Virus record (IMG/VR): IMGVR_UViG_3300032271_000411
Location: 1 to 53,152 of that record
From: a virus
Lineage: Duplodnaviria > Caudoviricetes
Length of the DNA stretch: 53,152 bases
Strand: one strand, 5' to 3'
This document shows, in pieces, positions 1 through 9,852 of the stretch. The stretch's first letter is position 1. Every line of letters begins with the position of its first letter. A program made the position numbers and the translations under genes. The notes under the pieces are model-generated. The model ran no database searches. It had not been told where the DNA came from and saw only the letters and a list, made by a program, of their open reading frames with translations.

Positions 1-1
1 A

Positions 2-3000
2 AATCCTTGGTCACAGACAGTCAATGATATCTACCAGCAAGAGCTTGGTAGGCAGGCTGATGCAAGCGGGATGGCCAACTACACAGCTTTTCTCAATCAG
101 GGCATGACTGGTGAGCAAATAAGGGATCAACTCAGGTCAAGTACTGAGGGTCAGTCTTATGGTGGTGCCTTGCAACCAGTAGTAGATGCGGGTTTTTATC
201 AGCAAGCGCCGTTGACGCCTGACGCGCAATGGGAGTATCAGCCGGGTTTTACTGACGATAGCGCGGGTTACTCTAATTACACCGCGCCATATTATTTAGA
301 TGTTAATTCGGGCGCAAGAAGGGAAACAACCCCAGTTGACGCCCCACGGTCAGACGTTGTTGACCCGAACAATTTGGCGCAGCACTTAGCGCCAAACTAT
401 GAAGGAACGCCGACGCAGTTTTATGATGAACAAGGCAACTTAAAAGGTGTCTTGATTGATACGGTTAAGGCGGGTTTAGGCGCAAAAGAAGGCAGTCTGA
501 TTCTTGACCCTGCATCGCTTGGGCTTGCCCTCAAGCCGGGCGAAAAACCAACTATCAATAGTGCAATTCAAGCGCGCAACGAGCAAGGTCAATTATTATT
601 TGTTGACCCGATTACAGGCGGGTCTACGATCTATAACACTGGCGTGCCCATGCCCACGGGCAGCACGTTGAAAGATAAGATGTACATCAATGACCCCGGC
701 AAGCGAGGCGGTCAAATCCCCACGGATATGTCGCAGGGTGCATTACTACTCGCCGCTACGATGGCCACAGGCGGTGTGGGCGGTGCGTTGTTAGACGCTG
801 CAGGGTTTGGTGCTGGTGCTGCAGGGGGATTAAGCGACGTTGGCGCTGCTAATTTAATGGGCGGGTCATTATCCGATGCGGGTGCCGCTGCAACAATGGG
901 CGGCACGGTTGCGGATACTGGCATCAACTGGGGAGCTGCCGCTACGACTGCTGCAAAGACTGCCGCAATTAACGCGGCCGTGACAGCGGCACAGGGCGGC
1001 AAACTTAATGACATTTTGAAAGCAGGTGCATTAGGCGCTGTGGCAGGTGGCGCAGGTGTCGCAGGTGCTGACTTCTTAGGCGGTGGCACACTCGCTCAGA
1101 TTGGCACACAGACAGCCGTGGCAACAGCAATTGCCGCGGCGTCGGGCAAAGACCCTGTGCAAGCAGCAATTAGCGGTGCTTTAAGCGCCACGGTTGCCAA
1201 CCTAATCCCTTCTGGTACGGCAGACATCCTAAACGGCGCAGGCATTACGGATCCGAGCATTCAAAAGGCTGTTAACTCGGCCATCTCTAGCTCTGTCATC
1301 ACGGCTATCAGGGGCGGTGACATCGGTACGGCTGCGCTCATGGGCGCAGTCAACTCAGGGCTTGCGAGTGTTGCGGGCATGATCGGCAACAGCCAGGTCG
1401 TGCAAGATATCAAAGCTAATATTACAAACGCACTTACATCAACTGTTGATGATATCAAGTACGGGATAGGGGCGACAAACGCTCAGGCGCTACCAGTTGA
1501 GGGCTCGAACAGAGCAAACGTTGGCACAGAATTAGACACCCAGACGCAGCCTGACGTACTAAACAGTATTTTTCAGCAGGACGCGCAAGACGCGATGAAC
1601 CGCAATATGCCTGCGGCACCGCCTTTGGTGCAGGCTGCAATTAACCAGAACACAAGCAACCCAGACGAATTAAATCAGTTCTTTTCTAACTACACGCCTA
1701 ACGTGGGTGCACCGTTAGGCACGGTTGCAAATGCCGCAACGAGCGACGTCAACCCACCTGCGTTGTCGTCTGGTGATGAGTACGTCTACTACAAAGATGC
1801 TCAGGGCAACGAGGTGTATGGGCCAAGAAGCATGGCACCCAACATTGTTGATACCTCACCTTCTCAAAGCGGTTTGGCAACATTTGGCCAGGGCGTGGCC
1901 TCTGCCTTGGATAACACGGTGGGCGCTATTTTGCCGACTGTCGCTCAGATGGCGTCCTATCTTGGCTTGCGAACGGGCGATCAAATCGCCGAGTTGACCG
2001 CGTCGCTTATTGGCAAAGACTACCAAGCTAACCCCGAGCTAATGCGCGAGATATCCAACAGGGTCGCTGAGGCAATTAGCAATCCGTTTGGTAAGGCGTT
2101 TGGCGTGACCAACACCCCAGGCTACGCGGGCGAGGCAAGTGGCCAAGTCTTGCGTTTTATTAGCGAGAACCTAGACAAGGGCGCTGATTACCTGTCTGAG
2201 AAGACAGGCTTGCCCGCGGGCGATATTCGGCTAATGACCGATGCAATCTTGATGCGCCCTGGCACTGCGCTGTCTACGGCTAGAGAGGCCGGTGCGGCCG
2301 TCAAGGACGTTGGCCGCGGCTACGCTGATGCAGCCACAGGGATCGTAAACGAAAGTCCAACAGGGGCTTACAACCTTGGCGCAAGCGTTGCTGATCTGAC
2401 TCGCGCACCAGACACTAGCCTGATGCGTGGCGAGAGCCCCACAAGGAACATTAACCTTGGCGAGATAATTGACGAAGCGCCGTCTTACGTGAGCCCTGAG
2501 AGGCTCTCAGCGCCCGCGCCTGCTTTGGGTTACAGCCCGACAGAGGTGGCCGCCGCCCCTAGAGACGTTGCAAGCATCTTTAATGATGCGTTTGAAGCGG
2601 CTGATCGGATCCCAACCTATGACGTGAGGCCACAACCAACGGCAATGCCTGCCACGCAGCTCGCGCCTGAGTCTCGCGGTGCGCTGCCTACAACCTTTGC
2701 AGAGCCTGCTATTAGGCCGATTGACTTGGGTCCTAATATCAACTCAGACACTGCCCTTAGTATTGTTGCAGAAGGAAGAACCTTAGACCAAGCAATATCT
2801 AAAGGCTTGACCCCTGAGCTTCAAACTCAAGCAAAGTCGTACATTGACAACACTTATACTCAGGTCGCAGATAAGCCGCCATCGTCAATTTCCTCTGCAT
2901 TTTTTGATGACATATTTTTCAGTGGCGCAGGGTCAGAGAAGACGACTAAAGCAATCTCTGATGTGGTCAACAACCCTGCCGCCCCACCTGAAGTCATCTT

Positions 3001-4285
3001 AAAGCAGGTTGATGAGGCAACTAGCCAACTTCAAAACCTTGACGAGCAACTGCCCGCTAAGTTGGCAATGCTCAGCAACGCATCCAAGCTCGGAATCACG
3101 CCCGCTGAGGCAATTAAGCTCGGGTTGCTAAATAACAACGGTACGAAGACTGAGTTAGGTGAGAAAGTTTCACCAGAGCCTCAGCCTCAACCTCAGCCAC
3201 AGCCACGGCCGCAACCACAGCCTAAGCCTCAGCCATACCCTGAGCCTGTAGCGCCACTTACCCCTGTCAAGCCTGCCTTGCCGGTTAAGCCACCGCTGCC
3301 GCCCATCCCTACGCCACCTAGTGTCAACCCACCAGCGCCTGGTGTCAATCCAGTTAACCCCGTTGTCAACCCAACGGTTAACCCCGTCAACCCGCCTGCG
3401 GTTGATGTCAACCCGCCTATCCCAACACCGCCACCCTTGGTGCAGGCAGCGATCACGCCACCAAAAGCATCAGCGCCCGCTACTACAATGACGCCATCGT
3501 ATATGTATGGCACAGGCACTCAGGGCACAACGATCGGGGCGCTGCCCGGTAACTTACAAGCTACATTCCTGCAAGGTGCGAACGTGAAAGAATATAACCC
3601 CTTTGAGAATTACAACCAATATCAGCAGCTAGGCATGCCAGCCCCTATACATGCTGCACAGGGTGGGGGAGCCCTGCAGCTCGCGCAGATGCAGCAAAGC
3701 GTCGCGGGGATTGACCCTAGCCTCTACAGCGTGCTTCAAAAGCGCCAAGCACCCAATTACTTCACCTACGGCGCAGACACCTCTGGGGGCAGTCCTACGA
3801 CGTTTGCGGGTAGCCAATTGATGGGCAAACCCACACCCGGCATCCCCGTCATCCCAACGGGTCAAAAGGCAGGATCAGATTGGCTTTACCAAGGCTCGGG
3901 AACAAACCCATTAGCGATGGCGGGCACAGGTATACCAAGTCTGCCAGGCGGGATGATGGCCAAAGGTGGCCAGGCGCACGAAGGCGGCGAGGGTGAGCAC
4001 ATCCCCGAGTTTGTGACGGGCGCGACCGGACACTACGTCAGAGGCCGAGGCGACGGGCAGTCAGACGACATCCCCGCGATGTTGGCCGACGGCGAGTACG
4101 TCTTTGACGCATCAACCGTTTCAACGCTTGGTAACGGTTCGAGCGATGCAGGTGCCAAGCTTTTAGATGCGTTTCGTGAGTCGTTAAGAGAACATACAAG
4201 GTCAGCACCCGCTGATAAAATACCACCCAAGGCTTCGCCTCTTGAGTATATGAAAGAAGCGCTCCAACACGTAGGAAGGAAATAA
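2..4285 (+). CDS. Large internal virion/ejection-type protein, 5'-truncated; N-terminal DUF4214-like segment, Ala/Gly-rich hydrophobic region, Pro-rich linker, C-terminal GxGDGxSDDIPAMLADGEYV domain
   Basis: Frame is open from base 2 (TVNDIYQQELGRQADASG precedes the ATG at 71); C-terminal motif resembles that of many tape-measure/virion protein C-termini; sits in a virion gene cluster. Confidence 0.6.
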   Translation, partial: NPWSQTVNDIYQQELGRQADASGMANYTAFLNQGMTGEQIRDQLRSSTEGQSYGGALQPVVDAGFYQQAPLTPDAQWEYQPGFTDDSAGYSNYTAPYYLDVNSGARRETTPVDAPRSDVVDPNNLAQHLAPNYEGTPTQFYDEQGNLKGVLIDTVKAGLGAKEGSLILDPASLGLALKPGEKPTINSAIQARNEQGQLLFVDPITGGSTIYNTGVPMPTGSTLKDKMYINDPGKRGGQIPTDMSQGALLLAATMATGGVGGALLDAAGFGAGAAGGLSDVGAANLMGGSLSDAGAAATMGGTVADTGINWGAAATTAAKTAAINAAVTAAQGGKLNDILKAGALGAVAGGAGVAGADFLGGGTLAQIGTQTAVATAIAAASGKDPVQAAISGALSATVANLIPSGTADILNGAGITDPSIQKAVNSAISSSVITAIRGGDIGTAALMGAVNSGLASVAGMIGNSQVVQDIKANITNALTSTVDDIKYGIGATNAQALPVEGSNRANVGTELDTQTQPDVLNSIFQQDAQDAMNRNMPAAPPLVQAAINQNTSNPDELNQFFSNYTPNVGAPLGTVANAATSDVNPPALSSGDEYVYYKDAQGNEVYGPRSMAPNIVDTSPSQSGLATFGQGVASALDNTVGAILPTVAQMASYLGLRTGDQIAELTASLIGKDYQANPELMREISNRVAEAISNPFGKAFGVTNTPGYAGEASGQVLRFISENLDKGADYLSEKTGLPAGDIRLMTDAILMRPGTALSTAREAGAAVKDVGRGYADAATGIVNESPTGAYNLGASVADLTRAPDTSLMRGESPTRNINLGEIIDEAPSYVSPERLSAPAPALGYSPTEVAAAPRDVASIFNDAFEAADRIPTYDVRPQPTAMPATQLAPESRGALPTTFAEPAIRPIDLGPNINSDTALSIVAEGRTLDQAISKGLTPELQTQAKSYIDNTYTQVADKPPSSISSAFFDDIFFSGAGSEKTTKAISDVVNNPAAPPEVILKQVDEATSQLQNLDEQLPAKLAMLSNASKLGITPAEAIKLGLLNNNGTKTELGEKVSPEPQPQPQPQPRPQPQPKPQPYPEPVAPLTPVKPALPVKPPLPPIPTPPSVNPPAPGVNPVNPVVNPTVNPVNPPAVDVNPPIPTPPPLVQAAITPPKASAPATTMTPSYMYGTGTQGTTIGALPGNLQATFLQGANVKEYNPFENYNQYQQLGMPAPIHAAQGGGALQLAQMQQSVAGIDPSLYSVLQKRQAPNYFTYGADTSGGSPTTFAGSQLMGKPTPGIPVIPTGQKAGSDWLYQGSGTNPLAMAGTGIPSLPGGMMAKGGQAHEGGEGEHIPEFVTGATGHYVRGRGDGQSDDIPAMLADGEYVFDASTVSTLGNGSSDAGAKLLDAFRESLREHTRSAPADKIPPKASPLEYMKEALQHVGRK
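3172..3440 (+). repeat. Low-complexity coding repeats (PQ)n, PVKP, (VNP)n
   Basis: PEPQPQPQPQPRPQPQPKPQP and VNPVNPVVNPTVNPVNPP in the translation. Confidence 0.9.
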
Positions 4286-4287
4286 TC

Positions 4288-5448
4288 ATGGCTGACCCAA
4301 CAACGCTTGATCCAACGACTGCGCCAGTCTCTCCATTGACTGCGGCAGCCGGCACACCTACAACTACGCCTGGGGCAACTTTCAACGCCGCGACGGGTCC
4401 AAACCTGACCGCTGCGCCATCTAACTATGTGACCCCGCCACAGTTGGGCACGCCGTCTTCACCTTCGAGTGGCACGTTCACGCAAGGTGCGGCGCTGCCT
4501 AACATCACCACCACGCAGCAACAGGCTACGGCCGCCCCTGCCTGGTACATGGACTACTTGAACAACTTGGCGAGCACGAGCACCCAAGCGGGTCAAAACG
4601 CTCAGTATGTCGGTGCGCAACCGTTGCAGCAGCAAGCGTTTAATCAGACGGCCGCAAACGTTGGCAACTATCAGCCAAACTTAGATGCCGCTAACGCGCT
4701 TACGATGAATGCCGCAACGACTGCTGCCCCGAGCTTAGCGGGTCAGTACATGAACCCGTACCTGAGCAATGTCGTAGACGAGGCAGGGCGCTTAGGTTTG
4801 CAGAACATTCGCAACACAATCTCACCCCAAGCGACTGCGGGTGCCGTGGGTAGTGGTCAGTTTGGCTCAACCCGTGGCGCTAACGTGCTCGGCCAGAACA
4901 TCACAAGCGCCCTGCAGAACTTAGGCGGGCAGCAACAAGGCCTGCTCGCAAGCGGTTACCAGAACGCAATCACTGCAGCTCAGGCTGACTTGCAACGCCA
5001 AATGGCGGGCGGCTCTCAAATGGGTGCTTTGGGCACTACAACGCAACAGCTCGGCATGGGCGACGTGAATGCGCTCTCTACGATGGGCGGCCAACAGCAG
5101 CAGATGGCTCAGAACGAGCAACTGTTCCCGTTACAGGTTGCAGCCCAACAGGCAGCGCTCATGAAAGGGTTCACAATTCCAACGTCTGTATCGTCTACGT
5201 ACACAGGGCCAATCCCTGGCGCGTACCAAGCCTCACCACTGCAGCAGATTGGCTCGTTAGGTGCAGGCATTACTGGGCTGTTCTCAAGTGGTGCTGGTGG
5301 CTCGCCTTCGCCATTTGCTAATTTGGTTAGCGGGATTAGTAATTTGTTTCCAAGTTCAAATACAACTACAACAAACGGAACGCCGGCAAATTCAACTTAC
5401 GACGCTGCTGCAGGCGTGAACTTTACAACTCCAGGCACTTACGGTTAA
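4288..5448 (+). CDS. Putative DNA ejection/pilot protein
   Basis: Gln/Gly/Ala-rich, YMNPY and GxFGSTRG motifs typical of podovirus internal proteins; AAGGA RBS. Confidence 0.55.
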   Translation: MADPTTLDPTTAPVSPLTAAAGTPTTTPGATFNAATGPNLTAAPSNYVTPPQLGTPSSPSSGTFTQGAALPNITTTQQQATAAPAWYMDYLNNLASTSTQAGQNAQYVGAQPLQQQAFNQTAANVGNYQPNLDAANALTMNAATTAAPSLAGQYMNPYLSNVVDEAGRLGLQNIRNTISPQATAGAVGSGQFGSTRGANVLGQNITSALQNLGGQQQGLLASGYQNAITAAQADLQRQMAGGSQMGALGTTTQQLGMGDVNALSTMGGQQQQMAQNEQLFPLQVAAQQAALMKGFTIPTSVSSTYTGPIPGAYQASPLQQIGSLGAGITGLFSSGAGGSPSPFANLVSGISNLFPSSNTTTTNGTPANSTYDAAAGVNFTTPGTYG

Positions 5449-5458
5449 GGAATAAATC

Positions 5459-7324
5459 ATGGCTCTCCCAACAGCAACAGCACTCCCACCGGTGCCAACA
5501 GGAATCGGTGCGGCTGAACCTGACATTCAGAAGCAATACTCTGAGTCGGTTAATAAAGTCCTTGCCGCGCTCGAGAACCGAGGCGGCACTAACTGGTTTC
5601 AAATTGCAGGCGCGTTAGCAAACCCCGGTCGCACAGGCAGCGCCTCTGAGGCGTTTGGTCGCGCTATGGATGTTGTAGGTCAGCAGCGCCAAGAAGAAGA
5701 GAAAAACGCTTTGCCAGTGGCTCAAATGCGTGCCCAGTTGGTTGGGCAGAAGTATCAGATGCAAAAAGAGCAAGAGTCTGAAAAAGCATTGCTTGGCGCA
5801 CTTGGCGGCGGTAATGCGGCTGACATTATGCAAACCATTTCATCACCCCAAGGCGCGTTCGGCAACCCCCAACTGTACCAATCCTTAGTGCGTGCGCAGA
5901 TGTTGGCAAAGCCAGGCACTGAAGCAGCGGCTAAAATTGACAAATTACTTAAAACGCAACAAGAAATGCTTGAATTAGGCATCAAACAAGGCACGTTAAG
6001 CACTCAACAGGTTGAGTCTGTTTATAAATACGGCGCACAGCCAGGCAATACGGGCAGCGCTTCAGGCGTCGCTACACCAACATCTCAGGCAACAACAGGG
6101 CAACCAAATGCTGCGGCTAATGGTTCACAACGCGCAGGAATGCCTGAATTTGAGGGTGAGCCAACGCCAAGAGATAGCGTAATCAATACAATTGCAAACA
6201 CATTTAAAATTGACCCTAAAAACATTTCTACAACGCGCACGCGCGAGGAGCAGCAAAACATTTTTGATCGATGGAAAAAAGGCGAAAAAGGTTTGTACAT
6301 GCCTGTTGATCCATCAAAATTCCCCAATCAAAAAGAGTTTCATTCAAATGCGATTGATGTACCCACGTCGGTTGATGAAAAATGGATGAATACAAACGGA
6401 TGGTATCGCCCATTTCCTAAAGACGATCCGGTGCATTATGAGCCGATCGTTAAGGGCACGGATACGTCCAATGCTGCGCCCGCGGCATCAACGAGCACGC
6501 CTACAACGGGCGGCTGGACTAAACTGTCTAATACTCAATATCAATTGCCAAGCGGCACAATCGTGCCATTCCCGCCAGGCACGCCGCAAGGAATCATCAA
6601 CGAACAAATGTCAAAAGCGGCGCTTGAAGAGCAAAAAACTTATCAGGAAAACTTGCGCAATATGGGCAAGGCTGAAATTGAATCATGGAGCAAAAAGAGA
6701 GCTTCTTTGATCGACGCCAATCCAAACCAACTTACCACTCAAATCGGTGATTTAACCAACACAATTAAAATCTTATCAAACCCAAAATTTGAAAGAGTGG
6801 TTGGTTTGCTACAAGAAAAAGACCCCACCACTGACGGCACTATTATGGGATCAATCATCAACGGCATCCGCAGTGCAGGCGCAGGCGCTCAAGAGGGGTT
6901 GAGAATTGGTAACTATGGCAGCATTTCGGCACCTGTTGAGGAAATGATGCGCACACAAAAATTTTCTAAAGAAGAGCGTGCCGCATTTAATGAAGTGCGT
7001 AGAACTATTGCCAGTGGGCTTATTGCAAGCATTCAAGGCGCAGGTCGCGCACTAGGCATTAACCCAACTGATTCTGACCGTATTTTGTATGAGTTGGCAT
7101 CTGCATCTACTAGTAATCTTGCTGCTAATACGATTTACTGGGCGCAACAAAGGCTTGTTCAAACGCAATTTGAATATTCTGCAGTAAAAGGGTTGAGTAC
7201 TTATATTGGCAAACATCCTGCTGAATATTTTACCAATCCAAAGTCTCCCTTTGCGCAAGCTCAAAAAGAATATGAAGAAAAAATTGCCAAAATTCAGTCA
7301 AGATCGCCCGGCGCTCAGGAGTAA
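5459..7324 (+). CDS. Internal virion protein with a putative M15-like Zn-peptidase insert
   Basis: STTRTREEQ...FHSNAIDV...GWYRP...DPVHYE resembles M15 motifs; AAGGA RBS. Confidence 0.5.
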   Translation: MALPTATALPPVPTGIGAAEPDIQKQYSESVNKVLAALENRGGTNWFQIAGALANPGRTGSASEAFGRAMDVVGQQRQEEEKNALPVAQMRAQLVGQKYQMQKEQESEKALLGALGGGNAADIMQTISSPQGAFGNPQLYQSLVRAQMLAKPGTEAAAKIDKLLKTQQEMLELGIKQGTLSTQQVESVYKYGAQPGNTGSASGVATPTSQATTGQPNAAANGSQRAGMPEFEGEPTPRDSVINTIANTFKIDPKNISTTRTREEQQNIFDRWKKGEKGLYMPVDPSKFPNQKEFHSNAIDVPTSVDEKWMNTNGWYRPFPKDDPVHYEPIVKGTDTSNAAPAASTSTPTTGGWTKLSNTQYQLPSGTIVPFPPGTPQGIINEQMSKAALEEQKTYQENLRNMGKAEIESWSKKRASLIDANPNQLTTQIGDLTNTIKILSNPKFERVVGLLQEKDPTTDGTIMGSIINGIRSAGAGAQEGLRIGNYGSISAPVEEMMRTQKFSKEERAAFNEVRRTIASGLIASIQGAGRALGINPTDSDRILYELASASTSNLAANTIYWAQQRLVQTQFEYSAVKGLSTYIGKHPAEYFTNPKSPFAQAQKEYEEKIAKIQSRSPGAQE

Positions 7325-7329
7325 TAAAA

Positions 7330-8862
7330 ATGTCTGACAAATTTGATCCCTTGTCTATTAATCCCAATGATTTTTTAAAAGATCCATATAAGAACATACC
7401 CTCTGTCAATACGGGCGATTTTATTGCTGCCGATCAAGCGAATTTAGCAGAAACCACGCCGCGCGAACCGCCTAGTCAATTGGGGCGTGCGGCGGCTATT
7501 GGGGCAGGCGCTGCTGCGGGGGCGGCTAGTCAAGCGCGTAATATGTTGCATTTTTCAGATGTACCAAAAGAATATGACATCAAATCTTCTGCTGTTGACA
7601 CAGGAGGCATGGGCAAGCCGTTAACCAATTTTCAGCTCATGTCACAGCCGGGTCAACAAGCAGAGCTTGAGCGGCTCAAGATGCGTGATTTGCTTGACCA
7701 GTACCGTTCTGACGTGGGTGTGTCAGACGTCACTACGCAAAGCCTGCGCACTCGAGAGGAGGCCGCTCGTCGTGCCTTAGAGATGGCGCGCCAAGGCGAG
7801 CAAAATGCCCTGACACGGTTTGTTACGCTCGGCGGTGGAAAAACCGCGCCTGAGTCACGTTTAGATACTGCTACGAGGGCGATCACCGCGGCTAATCCAC
7901 CCGCGCCATCTCTTACAGTGCCTGGGGTAACGGTTAACTATGGCGACATGTACCCAAGCCCTACGGGGGGCTCGGCGGCGCGCGAGATATCACAGCACGA
8001 ATCAGCGCATTATCGCAGCTTGTCGCAAGGCGATCAGATGAAAATGGTTGATCGTCTTGCCCAAGAGTTGGGCGTTGGCAAGGGCTATGTGCAAATGATG
8101 CTTGAGGCGGGTGAGCATGAGCCAACAGTCACGGGGCGCGTGCTACTACCCGCCAAGGACATGAATGTTATTAACGCTAGTCAAACCCCTGAGCAGCAGG
8201 TCGCGGCGACCCTGACCCCTGCTGAAAGGGCGGCAAGAGAAGCTGAGGCGGCGCGGTTACTGCAACAGCAACAAGCCGAGGCGGCTCGCGCTGCACAACA
8301 ACAACTTATTGATGACCTTCGATTCAACGAGTCAGATCGCGTCCTGAGAGAGAACCAAGCGGCGCGCACTGGTGCGGCTAAAGGCGCAACAACTGCTGCA
8401 GACAAATTATTAGAAGACTTGAGTTTGCAAGGCATTGTGAGCGAAAAACACAGACCATTTATTGAGACACAGCAAGCACGCATGGTTGAAAAACGTGGTG
8501 CTTTACCACCCTTTGGCCCTGCAATTGAAAAGACTGCTCGAGCATTGCCAATTGTGAGTGGCGTAGTCAATGCGGCATCTGCAGCAGAGTTAATGCATGA
8601 CGCATACCGACGCAAAGAAAGTGGTGATCCGCTTGGGGCATTTATTGCAGGGGCAGGTGCTACCTTGCAATTGCCACCGCTTTTGAAAACCACTTTAGCG
8701 TCGGCTTTAATGGGGATTGGTATTGACATTGGTACCACCGCGGGGCTACATTATTATGATAAATACGCGCCAGAAATTCATCAATTCCTGCAAAAACAAA
8801 TCGGATTGCCAAAATCTTTTGATCCAAGCAATTACTCCGTTATGCCAGGCATGAAAAAATAA
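7330..8862 (+). CDS. Putative internal virion protein
   Basis: 510-aa ORF closing the + strand operon, AGGAG RBS, followed by a terminator. Confidence 0.5.
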   Translation: MSDKFDPLSINPNDFLKDPYKNIPSVNTGDFIAADQANLAETTPREPPSQLGRAAAIGAGAAAGAASQARNMLHFSDVPKEYDIKSSAVDTGGMGKPLTNFQLMSQPGQQAELERLKMRDLLDQYRSDVGVSDVTTQSLRTREEAARRALEMARQGEQNALTRFVTLGGGKTAPESRLDTATRAITAANPPAPSLTVPGVTVNYGDMYPSPTGGSAAREISQHESAHYRSLSQGDQMKMVDRLAQELGVGKGYVQMMLEAGEHEPTVTGRVLLPAKDMNVINASQTPEQQVAATLTPAERAAREAEAARLLQQQQAEAARAAQQQLIDDLRFNESDRVLRENQAARTGAAKGATTAADKLLEDLSLQGIVSEKHRPFIETQQARMVEKRGALPPFGPAIEKTARALPIVSGVVNAASAAELMHDAYRRKESGDPLGAFIAGAGATLQLPPLLKTTLASALMGIGIDIGTTAGLHYYDKYAPEIHQFLQKQIGLPKSFDPSNYSVMPGMKK

Positions 8863-8888
8863 CCTCCACAACCGTTCAGGGTTGCTTT

Positions 8889-8916
8889 GCCCCGCCTAAA
8901 CAGCGGGGCTTTTTTT
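8889..8916 (+). terminator. Intrinsic terminator between convergent arms
   Basis: GCCCCGC-ctaaaca-GCGGGGC followed by T7. Confidence 0.85.
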
Positions 8917-9139
8917 ACTCAACTTTGTCAGACAGGCGGCGATAGTCAAGCAAGGCGCGAGCGACTTCGTGGTTAAGCGACTTAACCATGTTCACGCAAG
9001 CCCGGCGCTCGTCTTCTCGCACTGCACGTTCAACGGCGCGGCCGTACTCAAACACGTCTACGTCGTTGGCGTACATGCCCTCTGGGTCTTCGTTCTCGCA
9101 TTCTAAGAAGATGCCTTTGATCTCGATATTGCTCAACAT
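8915..9139 (-). CDS. Hypothetical protein (ERxAC-type motif)
   Basis: ORF coupled to the upstream gene. Confidence 0.65.
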   Translation of the reverse strand: MLSNIEIKGIFLECENEDPEGMYANDVDVFEYGRAVERAVREDERRACVNMVKSLNHEVARALLDYRRLSDKVE

Positions 9140-9330
9140 TACTTTGGTTCCTTTGTGAATTGAAGGGCGGTCTCACTGCGCATAGCCAGAGACTTGTAGT
9201 AATCCCATTTGGCAATCGTTTCAGGGTCTTTTGAAGGTGGCACCCAGTTAGCGCAGCGCTTCCAAGTACGCTGCACGCTCGTTGCCGTGGCCGGTGAGTA
9301 AGCTTTATGGTGCATAATAGAATTATCCAT
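9139..9330 (-). CDS. Hypothetical protein
   Basis: GGAG RBS before ATG at 9330; TAATG overlap with the next gene. Confidence 0.6.
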   Translation of the reverse strand: MDNSIMHHKAYSPATATSVQRTWKRCANWVPPSKDPETIAKWDYYKSLAMRSETALQFTKEPK

Positions 9331-9352
9331 TTTACATTCTCCAATCGTTAAC

Positions 9353-9733
9353 ATGAAATTAAAAGATTACTTAAAAAAGCATGGTACTACGGGTAAATTG
9401 GCACAGGAAGTAGGGGTAACGCGCACCTGGCTGTCTTTGGTTGCCAACGACCACAGGTTAGCGAGCGCCATACTTGCGGTCAAAATTGAACGGGCAACCA
9501 AGGGCAAGGTCACCCGCAAGGATCTGCGAGCTGACCTGTACGACAAAAAGGTCGTCGTACCAGACGGCCTAAACGAGGTCGCACGCTCAATATTCGTCAA
9601 ACTCATTGAGCACCCAACCATTGATCGTACGGTCGTTGAGAGCATCAAGCACGACCCCGAGATGGTTGGGTTAGTGCTCGACGCATTCTTTGAAAAACGT
9701 GGCGAGTTTTACTTTGCACGTTCTTTGGCCTGA
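9353..9733 (+). CDS. Cro/YdaS-like HTH transcriptional regulator
   Basis: MKLKDYLK...LAQEVGVT..WLS...IERATKGKVTRKDLRADLY matches the YdaS/Cro-like pattern. Confidence 0.75.
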   Translation: MKLKDYLKKHGTTGKLAQEVGVTRTWLSLVANDHRLASAILAVKIERATKGKVTRKDLRADLYDKKVVVPDGLNEVARSIFVKLIEHPTIDRTVVESIKHDPEMVGLVLDAFFEKRGEFYFARSLA

Positions 9734-9852
9734 AGCATGGCGCGGGCGATGACGTAGCAGTCGTTAGCGTCCTTTTCTTCCTCGCCCTTATCCCAGTTCA
9801 TCTTGAGCATCGCAAAGAGCGCGTAAAGGTCTAGCAGGTCGTCTTCGGTCAT
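9709..9852 (-). CDS. Small hypothetical protein (47 aa, MTEDDLLDLYALFAM...CYVIARAMLQAKERAK)
   Basis: Translated by hand; ATGA overlap with 9849..10223; resembles 22421..22609. Confidence 0.6.
   Translation of the reverse strand: MTEDDLLDLYALFAMLKMNWDKGEEEKDANDCYVIARAMLQAKERAK

Noticed and set aside
712-8738. Minus-strand ORFs antisense to virion genes (likewise across 27-53 kb)
   Set aside because: Shadow ORFs from Ala/Gly/Thr-rich coding; no RBS or recognisable motifs
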